The notes under the pieces were generated by a model. The model ran no database searches, had not been told where the DNA came from, and saw only the letters and a list, made by a program, of their open reading frames with translations. Of a stretch of DNA of 42,005 nucleotides, positions 34,795 through 42,005 are shown piece after piece (position 1 is the stretch's first letter; the number at the start of each line of letters is the position of its first letter). The stretch spans positions 1-42,005 of the forward strand of contig JAZDIZ010000125.1 of NCBI GenBank assembly GCA_043804515.1. Direction: 5' to 3'. Made by a program: the position numbers and the translations under genes. Source of the DNA: Pseudomonadota bacterium. Its GTDB lineage: Bacteria > Bdellovibrionota_G > JALEGL01 > DATDPG01.

Positions 34795-37403
34795 TGCCCT
34801 CCACTTTGATCCGGCGGGGGACTTAGCGTTCCCTCGGCCGGTGTGGCCTCAACCGGAGGCAGCACCGGGATCTCTTCCGGCGCTTGAGGTGGCGGAAGGA
34901 AATTCCCGCTGGGACTCCCGGCCGGCACGGGCGGCACGGGGGGGGAGGATACGGGCGACGGACTCTCGACGGCTTTCTGGGGGACCTTGAGGCTATGATC
35001 CATCTTGTACTTGAGCAGCGCCGGGTGCTCTTCGATATTGTTTTCGTCCATAAAGCTCTGGCGTTGCTTGTTCTTCCGGATCGAAAGCGTTTCCAAATCC
35101 TGGGGCATCCGAACGATGTGCGGTGTCAGGAAGATCACGAGGCTCGTCTTTGTTTTTGTCCGAGATTTGGTCTTGAAAAACCAGCCGATGAGGGGGATGT
35201 CCCCCAATACCGGCACTTTGCTGATCGACGTGGATTCCTTGTCGTTGATGAGGCCGCCGATGGATACGGTTTGGGCGTCCTTCACGGTCACCGTCGTCTT
35301 AGCGGAGCGGTTCGAAGTCGTGGGTCCCAAAGCGTTCTGGTCGGTGCCCGGGATGATGTCCTGGACCTCCTGGTAGATGTCCATCGTGACGTCGTCCGAC
35401 AAGTTGATCTGAGGCGTGACCCTAAGCGTGATGGCCACGTTTTCGCGTTGGATCTGGTTGATCGGCTGGTTGTTGATGTCACGCCCCTGTGCCGTCACGA
35501 ATGGCACGACCTGGCCCACCACGATTTCCGCCTCCTTGTTGTCGCTGGTCAGGATGTTGGGCGTGGAAAGAATGTTGATCGTCCCGTTGGTCTGAAGGGC
35601 CCGGAACATGGCGCCGTAGATCGGGATGGAAGCCGTTGTGCCGCTTGCCGTGGTAATGTCGATCGAGCGGCCCTGGGCCCCCGTGATGAATCCCGTGGCG
35701 GAAGTGGGGAAGGAAAGGGAGCTGATGTTGCTGAACTCGGAGCCTCCGAAAAGCAGGGACCTCCCGCTCGAGAATTGTTTTCCGAGGTGCATGGCCGTCC
35801 CGACGTTGAGCGCTTTGTCAACGTCCACTTCCATGATCATCGCCTCGACGAAAGCCTGGGGCCGGCGGATATCCAGCTTTCGGATGACGGGCATCAACGA
35901 TTTGTAATCACCGGCGGACGCCGTGATCACGACGGCGTTGGTGGGGACGTCCGCGGTGATGTGGACTTCCCCCTCAAACATGGCCGTTCCCTGGAGCGAT
36001 GCGCTCGTGGAGCCCATCGCCTGCGGGGGAGCGGAAGACGGGGCCGGTTGGCCCATCGTGGGGAACATGGATTGGTTCCGCGGAGGCGAGTACGAAGAGC
36101 CTCCGGGGCGCTTTCCGGATCCGGGGCGCGCGCCTCCGCTGCCCGTCAGGCTCGAAAGCGTGCCCACGAGCTCGGTGGCGTCCGCATGCTGGAGGTAGAG
36201 GACATGAATTCGCCCCTTCTCCGCCTCCGCTTCCAGGGATTGATCGAACGTGTTTACGATCTCCCGGACGCGGCGGATGCCTTCCTGCGTGGCCATGACG
36301 ATGATGGAATTCGAGCGGTCGTCCGCCAATACCTTCGAGATGAACGGCGCGGCACCCGACGTCACATCTTGTGCGCCGGGCGTCGGCTGGCCGCGCGTCC
36401 CACCCTTGAGATCGAAGAGCGTCATGATCTTCTCGACCACGTCCGGCGCTGAAGCGTATTTGAGCCGGATCACCTCGAGGGATTCCTGATTTCCCTGCCG
36501 GTCCAGCATCGTGATGATCTTGATCATCCGCCGCATGTTTCCCACGGCATCCGTGATGATCAGCGTGTTCGTGGGGTCGTACGAAATGATGTCGCCGTTC
36601 TTGCTGAGCAGGTTCCGGAGGGACTTGACGATTTCCGCGGAGCTGATGAAGCGGATCGGGATGAGGCGGGTCACGAAAGTGTCGTCCCCTCCGAGGGGGG
36701 CCTCCACGTTCGTGGGGATGGGATTGTTCTTCATGTCCCGGAGCGGCACGATCTTGAACATCTTTCCGGCTGGAACGACCGTGAAATTCTGGACCGCAAG
36801 GGCCGAGATGAACGCTTGATAGGCCTCATCGGAGGTGACGGGCTTGGGCGAGATGATCGTGACCTTGCCGTGCACCTTGTCGTCCATGATGAAATTTCGT
36901 TTCGTGAGTTCGCTGATCGATTTGGCCAGCTCGGCGATGTCCGCGTTCACGAAATCCAGGTTCACGAGGTCCTTCCCCTCTTTTTTGGTGATCGAGAACC
37001 CCTTGGGATTTCTGCTGCCCGGTTCCCCCCTGGGCTGACCGTAGGCGGGCGGCGTCTGCACGGCGCCTCCCGAAAATGCCGGGGGAAGGGGCGGAGCCGT
37101 GGGGGCCATCCGCGGGGCGGAAGGAAGTGGCGGCGGCGGTGGAGGCGCCTGGCGCGTATGTGGCGGCGGAGGGAGAGGAGGAAATCCCTGCTGGTCGGCG
37201 ACGCCCGACGGAGCCGGCGGGGTAACGACAGGATTCGGGGGGCCGAGAACGGGGTTCACGGGAGAAACCGTGGGGGCGGCGGGAGCGACCATTGGGGTTG
37301 CGGGCCCCAGAAGAGCGTTTTCGTCGGCGCTTTGGGCGAGCGCGCCTCCCGATAGGGCCGGGATCAGCCAGAGGGCAAACAGGAATGAATGGGTGCGTTT
37401 CAT
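34791..37403 (-). CDS. gspD: T2SS secretin
   Basis: VNLDFVNADI, N-domains (YDPTNTLII, DDRSNSIIV, DVPTNAVVI), LDIRRPQ..VEAMIMEV, KVPVLGDIPLIGWFF, FLTPHIV. Confidence 0.96.
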   Translation of the reverse strand: MKRTHSFLFALWLIPALSGGALAQSADENALLGPATPMVAPAAPTVSPVNPVLGPPNPVVTPPAPSGVADQQGFPPLPPPPHTRQAPPPPPPLPSAPRMAPTAPPLPPAFSGGAVQTPPAYGQPRGEPGSRNPKGFSITKKEGKDLVNLDFVNADIAELAKSISELTKRNFIMDDKVHGKVTIISPKPVTSDEAYQAFISALAVQNFTVVPAGKMFKIVPLRDMKNNPIPTNVEAPLGGDDTFVTRLIPIRFISSAEIVKSLRNLLSKNGDIISYDPTNTLIITDAVGNMRRMIKIITMLDRQGNQESLEVIRLKYASAPDVVEKIMTLFDLKGGTRGQPTPGAQDVTSGAAPFISKVLADDRSNSIIVMATQEGIRRVREIVNTFDQSLEAEAEKGRIHVLYLQHADATELVGTLSSLTGSGGARPGSGKRPGGSSYSPPRNQSMFPTMGQPAPSSAPPQAMGSTSASLQGTAMFEGEVHITADVPTNAVVITASAGDYKSLMPVIRKLDIRRPQAFVEAMIMEVDVDKALNVGTAMHLGKQFSSGRSLLFGGSEFSNISSLSFPTSATGFITGAQGRSIDITTASGTTASIPIYGAMFRALQTNGTINILSTPNILTSDNKEAEIVVGQVVPFVTAQGRDINNQPINQIQRENVAITLRVTPQINLSDDVTMDIYQEVQDIIPGTDQNALGPTTSNRSAKTTVTVKDAQTVSIGGLINDKESTSISKVPVLGDIPLIGWFFKTKSRTKTKTSLVIFLTPHIVRMPQDLETLSIRKNKQRQSFMDENNIEEHPALLKYKMDHSLKVPQKAVESPSPVSSPPVPPVPAGSPSGNFLPPPQAPEEIPVLPPVEATPAEGTLSPPPDQSGGQ

Positions 37404-37420
37404 GGTCTTCCTTTCCTTCC

Positions 37421-38350
37421 TTACCGGATCTCGATGCTCAACGATTTCTTCACTCCGTTCCGTGTCAGATCGATCGTGATCGTGTTCTCGTTACGGGCCA
37501 GCTGCAGCATCGGAATGGCCTTCTCCACGCTGTTGATCTCCGTCCCGTTGATCCGCTCGACCACGTCGCCGTTTTGAAGCCCCAGCTCCGAAAAAATGCT
37601 CCCGGGGCGGATCGCGAAAATCTTGAAACCGTCGACCGCGCCTCCCTTGAAATTCGGAACCATCCGGGCCTGCTGAATCACCTGGTTCAAGTCTCCCAGC
37701 GTCGCGTCCACTTTGGAGCGAGCCACGATGGCCTTGTCTCCCTCCAAACGGACACCGGCGCCGGAAGGTTCAGCGCCTCCCAAGGAAGGCGCCGACATAT
37801 AAATGTTGGGGAGATTCTCCACCTCCAGATACTCGCGGTGCCCGTTTCGGATGAAATAGACCTTGTTCCGTTGGACGTCGTAGATCTTGGCTTCGCTCAT
37901 CAACACCTGATCGATGTAGTAGGGATCCGCGCCTTGGGAACCTTTCGCCTGGATCGTGGCGAACGAGTAATTCGGGTTCGTGGACACCATGGTGCCCAGC
38001 AACGTCGCGGCGAGATCGCTCTTGATCGGCGCCGCATTCAGATCGAGCGGGGCCCCCGTCTCGCTTCCTTCCGGGGCTTCCGCTTCGCAGACGGCGCGCT
38101 TCTTGGAATCGAAAATGTTCCGGTCGCAAACCGGCATGTAGAAGGCCAGCTTCTTTTCCTGGGCCAGGAGATCGTCGCCGTTTTGGAGCAGCGCGGGAGC
38201 GGTGCGGGGGGGTAGGGGAGCCGTGCCTTGGCCCGCCAAAAGAAGGCCGATGATCTGCGAAACGATGAGCGATAGGATCCAGCCCACCAGCACCGTGCCG
38301 ACCACGTTCGTGATCGTCCGGTACCTCTCGAGAAATTGTACCCAGCGCAC
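37421..38350 (-). CDS. gspC: Type II secretion protein C (PDZ-containing)
   Basis: TM, RNIFDS, LLGTMV, ARMVP.F..G..DGFKIFAIRPGSIF..LGLQNGDVV..ING. Start moved to GTG 38350 because a sigma54 site lies in the longer 5' extension; the exact start is uncertain. Confidence 0.88.
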   Translation of the reverse strand: MRWVQFLERYRTITNVVGTVLVGWILSLIVSQIIGLLLAGQGTAPLPPRTAPALLQNGDDLLAQEKKLAFYMPVCDRNIFDSKKRAVCEAEAPEGSETGAPLDLNAAPIKSDLAATLLGTMVSTNPNYSFATIQAKGSQGADPYYIDQVLMSEAKIYDVQRNKVYFIRNGHREYLEVENLPNIYMSAPSLGGAEPSGAGVRLEGDKAIVARSKVDATLGDLNQVIQQARMVPNFKGGAVDGFKIFAIRPGSIFSELGLQNGDVVERINGTEINSVEKAIPMLQLARNENTITIDLTRNGVKKSLSIEIR

Positions 38351-38363
38351 GGGCCACTGAACG

Positions 38364-38378
38364 GCAAAGGGTGTGCCA
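38364..38378 (-). promoter_or_regulatory. Putative sigma54 promoter of the gsp operon
   Basis: Minus strand TGGCAC-ACCCT-TTGC is an exact match to the TGGCAC-N5-TTGC consensus, at the head of the operon. Confidence 0.7.
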
Positions 38379-38627
38379 AAAAAGGTTCGCAACAGGATTC
38401 AAATCATATCCGTAAGAGGTTGAAAGAAATAGATTTTATTGCCTACCGAGACCGTTCAAAAGTTTGCGAGATTGAGCGGATGACAAAATGTCATGGGCCC
38501 AGCGGGAGCTTTGCCATTTTGGCATCGGTATACAAACAGCTATTGGATCGGAAACGATGTAATGCTCCCGAATTGACATGCCGCGTCTAGGCGCAGTATA
38601 GACGGCCGAAACGGGAAATCCGATCCC

Positions 38628-39692
38628 GTGACCAAGCGGGGGAAAGTGCATAGCAGGCAGTTCTCAAGGACGTGTCTTTCGTTCGTTTCGAGCTTTACCC
38701 TCGTCTTCTTTTTCGTTTCTTCGAGTGCATATGCGGAATCGCCGAACGGAAAACGTCACCGTCCGGACGCGTGGGAGACGGTCCTCCGGGACTTCGGGGC
38801 GGTTTCACTCCTGGTGACCGGCGGTTACTTCACACTGGACGCGTTCCGATTACAGGCCAGAAAAAAGCATGTTGAGTTTGCTGTGAAGCGCCTTCTTGAA
38901 GAGACTTCTCGACCGGACCGCACGGCGATACCGGAAGTCTCGGCGAAATTCCGGAAGAAAGCGCTTGAAGAGCTCGAAGAGGCAATAACCCGAGCTGATA
39001 AGAAACCAATCAGCGCGCTGAGCAAGATGGGGAAGGCATTCCTGCGGAAAATCGCGAAAGAAGGAATCGAGAAAGCCGTCGAGGAAGGGATGCCCGCTGT
39101 CACCAAGCTCGTTGTTAAGGATTATGTTTTTGACGTGGTTTATTTGGGCGGAGCCACGTTCATAATTGTCGGGTCGTGGCTCCTCGCGGCGGGAGCGATG
39201 GCTGTTGCGGATATTGCGCTCGATGCATCCCCGGCGTCCGGAGCTACGATTCCCCCGTTCGACTTTCCGAAGGAATACATGTTCGCCGATTGTGGGATCA
39301 TGAGGAGTTCGCTCGTAAGGCTTCACAATATGATCGAAGTGAAAAGCGACAAGGACCTGATCGCAATTTACAATGCGCCTTCACTAAATCTCGACGCCGT
39401 CGTTTCGCTTTATGATCGACCGGCGCCGGATTATGAATCGCTCCTCCCTCAGCTCCTCCATTATGCGGTCAAGTACGACATCATCTCGCTTCTTGAGCGG
39501 CATCCCTACGATGTCCGGCAGATCCCGGCGAAGTCCGACCTCCGGGCAGAATACGATGAGAGAGACGCGTGCGGCGAACACGAACGTTTAAGGGAAATAG
39601 CCGGCCGAATCTGCGAAGATTTTGTTGGTTTTGGGCGGATGATGAAAACCACGCGGGTCGAAGCCGTTTCGTTTGGAAAGTCGCCCGGCTAG
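38628..39692 (+). CDS. Hypothetical exported/membrane protein
   Basis: 354-aa ORF with signal-like FVSSFTLVFFFVSSSAYA-E and two further hydrophobic segments. TTGACA at 38573-38578 may be its -35. Confidence 0.65.
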   Translation: MTKRGKVHSRQFSRTCLSFVSSFTLVFFFVSSSAYAESPNGKRHRPDAWETVLRDFGAVSLLVTGGYFTLDAFRLQARKKHVEFAVKRLLEETSRPDRTAIPEVSAKFRKKALEELEEAITRADKKPISALSKMGKAFLRKIAKEGIEKAVEEGMPAVTKLVVKDYVFDVVYLGGATFIIVGSWLLAAGAMAVADIALDASPASGATIPPFDFPKEYMFADCGIMRSSLVRLHNMIEVKSDKDLIAIYNAPSLNLDAVVSLYDRPAPDYESLLPQLLHYAVKYDIISLLERHPYDVRQIPAKSDLRAEYDERDACGEHERLREIAGRICEDFVGFGRMMKTTRVEAVSFGKSPG

Positions 39693-41038
39693 GTCTCTTC
39701 CAGCTTCCGATAGATCGTCCTGGGCGCGACACCCAAGAGTTTGGCCGCCAGCGTCTTGTCGCCGTCCGCGCGTTTGAGTGTCTCCCGAATGAGGATCTTT
39801 TCCACTTCCTCCAACGGCATTCCGATGGGAATCGGGATGCGGTCTCCTTCCGCCACGGGGCCCGTCCGGATGCTTTCGGGGAGGTCGTCGAGCGTGAGTT
39901 CCCTGGTTTTGCACAGGACCACGGCCCGCTCCACGGTATTTTCCAACTCGCGGACGTTTCCCGGCCAGACGTACGTCGTCAGCCGCTTCATCGCGCCGTC
40001 GTTGAATCCCGTCAGGGCCTTCTTGTTCTTGGCCGCGTACACCTTGAGAAAGTGGTCCAGAAGGATCGGGATGTCGGCCGGCCGGGCCCGGAGCGGAGGG
40101 ATGGGAATGGTGACGACGTTCAACCGATAATAGAGATCCTCGCGGAACCTCTTCTCGCGCACTTCCTCTTCGAGGTTCCGGTTCGACGCCGCCAGAATCC
40201 TCACGTCGCACCTGCTCGTCTTTGTGGCGCCCAGCCTCTCGAATTCCCCTTCCTGCAGAACGCGGAGCAATTTCACCTGGACCGCCGGCGAGATCTCCCC
40301 CACCTCGTCCAGGAACAGCGTGCCTCCGTTTGCAAGCTCGAATCGTCCTTCCTTCCGGGCGATCGCGCCCGTGAAGGCTCCCTTCTCGTAGCCGAACAAC
40401 TCCGCTTCCAGAAGCGTTTCGGGGATCGCTGCGCAGCTCACTTTTACGAACGGGCCCCTCGAACGGGGGCTCTGCCGGTGGATCGCCTCCGCCACGAGCT
40501 CTTTACCGGTCCCGCTCTCGCCGTGGATCAGGACCGTCGCGGAGGACGGGGCCACTTGGCTGATCATGTCCAGGACGTGCTTGGTGGCGTCGCTTTGTCC
40601 CAAAATTTCGTTTCGGGCCTGGTACCGCTCCAGTTCGTGGCGCAGACGGATGTTCTCCTCCTGGAGATCCCTTTTCTCTAAGACCTTCTGGATCACGCGA
40701 ACCAGCGTCGCCCGTTTGAACGGCTTCGGGATGAAGTCGTACGCGCCTTCCTTGATCGCCTCGACGGCGGATTCAATCGTGCCGTGAGCCGTCATGAGAA
40801 CGACGTCCAAGTCGGGCTTGAGCATCCGGGAGGCCCGAAGGAGTTCCATTCCGTCCATTCCGGGCATGACGAAATCCGTGAGCACCAGGTCGAACCCTTC
40901 CTTGCGCAGAAGTTCCATCGCCTTGAGGCCGTCCTTCGCCTCGCTGACCCGGTACCCCTCTTTTTCGAGGATCTGCGCTACGGACGCCCGGTTGGAATCA
41001 TCGTCTTCGACCAGGAGGATGGTTCGAACCGCGACCAT
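39689..41038 (-). CDS. NtrC/AtoC-family sigma54-dependent response regulator
   Basis: REC domain (LLVEDD, LTDFVMPGMDG, KPF), GESGTGKE, ELFGYEKGAFTGA, LFLDEVGE, WPGNVRELEN, Fis-type HTH. Confidence 0.95.
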   Translation of the reverse strand: MVAVRTILLVEDDDSNRASVAQILEKEGYRVSEAKDGLKAMELLRKEGFDLVLTDFVMPGMDGMELLRASRMLKPDLDVVLMTAHGTIESAVEAIKEGAYDFIPKPFKRATLVRVIQKVLEKRDLQEENIRLRHELERYQARNEILGQSDATKHVLDMISQVAPSSATVLIHGESGTGKELVAEAIHRQSPRSRGPFVKVSCAAIPETLLEAELFGYEKGAFTGAIARKEGRFELANGGTLFLDEVGEISPAVQVKLLRVLQEGEFERLGATKTSRCDVRILAASNRNLEEEVREKRFREDLYYRLNVVTIPIPPLRARPADIPILLDHFLKVYAAKNKKALTGFNDGAMKRLTTYVWPGNVRELENTVERAVVLCKTRELTLDDLPESIRTGPVAEGDRIPIPIGMPLEEVEKILIRETLKRADGDKTLAAKLLGVAPRTIYRKLEET

Positions 41039-41044
41039 GCCGGA

Positions 41045-41073
41045 AGCTTAAACGGTTCATACGTTGACGGCAA
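41045..41073 (-). promoter_or_regulatory. Putative sigma70 promoter positioned for a leaderless transcript
   Basis: Minus strand TTGCCG-17nt-TAAGCT-6nt-ATG(41038); no SD. Confidence 0.5.
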
Positions 41074-41146
41074 AGATAGCGAGTCGCAGTGTCCTGCACC
41101 GAATCCCGGTATCGGGCAGCGGCAAACGGTCCCAGTTCCCGGCTAC

Positions 41147-41211
41147 GAAAAGGTACCTGCTTCCTTTTGGGCAGCGCCGCCCCAGTACCAAAAGTAACCT
41201 GGCACCTTTTT
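41147..41211. repeat. Imperfect inverted repeat (REP-like hairpin) between divergent genes
   Basis: AAAAGGTACCTGCTTCCTTTTGG ... CCAAAAGTAACCTGGCACCTTTT form an inverted pair with about 4 mismatches. Confidence 0.5.
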
Positions 41212-41260
41212 TCACAAGGGTTGACGGGACGGGCTCCCGTGGGTTAGACGGGACGAAGAT

Positions 41261-41533
41261 ATGAACACTGAAGTTAAAATTCTTGGGAAGTCCTATTCGG
41301 TACGAAGCGAATTCGATCCGGCATTCACCAACGAAACGGCCGACTTCGTCAACGGCAAGATGCGGGAACTTATGGGGAAAGCAGGGACGCTTCCCACGGA
41401 AAAGATCGCGGTTTTGACGGCCATGAACCTGGCCGGCGAGCTTCTCCGCCTCAAGAAGAAAGACAGCGGGCTGAACAACGTCCTTCGGGATAAAGCCAAG
41501 CGGCTTCTCAAGTTGATCGACGCCAACCTGTAA
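41261..41533 (+). CDS. zapA: Cell division protein ZapA
   Basis: EVKILGKSYSVRS...A.FVNGKMREL...KIAVLTAMNLAGEL; 90 aa. Confidence 0.92.
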   Translation: MNTEVKILGKSYSVRSEFDPAFTNETADFVNGKMRELMGKAGTLPTEKIAVLTAMNLAGELLRLKKKDSGLNNVLRDKAKRLLKLIDANL

Positions 41534-41768
41534 ACGACATCAGACTTATTGTGGGTGCGGTCGGGGCGCGTTGCCGGCGACGTGAGTCGAGACCCATTGA
41601 AAGCTCTGAGACGAATAACAGAAGTTGTTTAGGGGGAACGCCTTGCCGGTGGAGGGAGGGAGCGGAGTTTTTCGCGCGTCCGGAGGTCATTTTTTGGCAG
41701 TCAGTTAAGGGAACGTTTTTCGAGGCACCTTACCGGTAAGGTAAGCGAGAGAAACCGCGAAGCTCCTA
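41534..41768 (+). repeat. Degenerate tandem repeat array, copy 2 (homologous to 748-1000)
   Basis: Unit cores TTGCCG/TTGCCG/TTACCG at 41571, 41643 and 41730. 41574-41631 aligns ungapped to the reverse complement of 893-950 at 43/58 by hand count. Confidence 0.8.
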
Positions 41769-41996
41769 GGAAGAATTCCAAGAAGAGTACGTTTTTTCCT
41801 TGACACGATCACATCCGTCGCCTTCCGCGCAAAAGCCCTAATCTCTATAAGTCCCTTATGCCGCGCCTATTTGCCGCTGGTGATGCGTAATCGCTTCTTT
41901 CGTGAAACCCTCAATTTCGCACCGCAATCGCAGGTCTAAGAGCCAAAGAACGCCTTGAAAAACAGATGTTAGGCTCTCCCCAAAAGGGAGAACGCC
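41769..41996 (+). promoter_or_regulatory. Conserved ~230-nt non-coding leader (copy 2)
   Basis: Colinear with the reverse complement of 518-747, including CTTGAC, CCCTTATnCCGCGCnTATTTGCCGCTGGT and the RBS hairpin. Confidence 0.85.
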
Positions 41997-42005
41997 ATGC
42001 CCATT
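41997..42005 (+). CDS. First three codons (MPI) of a probable paralog of the 1-517 HNH-like gene
   Basis: ATG with a GGGAG RBS at the same position in the conserved leader as ATG 517 in copy 1. The product is inferred from the leader only. Confidence 0.5.

Noticed and set aside
34884..36452. Long antisense or alternative-frame ORFs (e.g. 34884..36452, 30188..31636, 11437..12606, 39569..40681)
   Set aside because: They fully overlap well-supported genes, show no motifs, and are expected in high-GC DNA.
41534..41760. 6S RNA (ssrS), expected after zapA
   Set aside because: I see no long closing stem with a central bubble, and the sequence is explained by homology to the repeat array at 748-1000. 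cmscan with RF00013 would settle it.

Overview
GC-rich bacterial chromosomal segment. Gene content (TIGR02266-type PilZ proteins, a long S41 peptidase, a delta-type T2SS with a PilM-like GspL) suggests a Bdellovibrionota/Myxococcota-like organism; this is inference. Recognisable content: a complete type II secretion operon gspC-D-E-F-G-H-I-J-K-L-M-N on the minus strand followed by a PilZ/TM protein, a peptidoglycan-recycling trio (ldcA, serine hydrolase, mpl), plsB, a stand-alone mreB, an S41 protease, an NtrC-type regulator, zapA, tRNA-Gly(GCC), tRNA-Cys(GCA) and several orphan exported proteins. The most striking signal is non-coding and is not covered by the ORF track. The two ends of the window (518-1000 on minus, 41534-41996 on plus) are diverged, outward-facing copies of one ~470-nt element. 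It consists of about three degenerate ~84-nt tandem repeats, a ~230-nt conserved leader and an RBS-occluding hairpin. On the left it leads into an ORF resembling the N-terminus of the multicopy HNH/DUF222-like proteins of Bdellovibrionota. On the right it leads into an ATG at the matching distance, cut by the window edge. Both tRNA genes are also followed by a duplicated tRNA 3' end enclosing a small structured insert with shared architecture, and both are preceded by the same ~97-bp inverted-repeat element.
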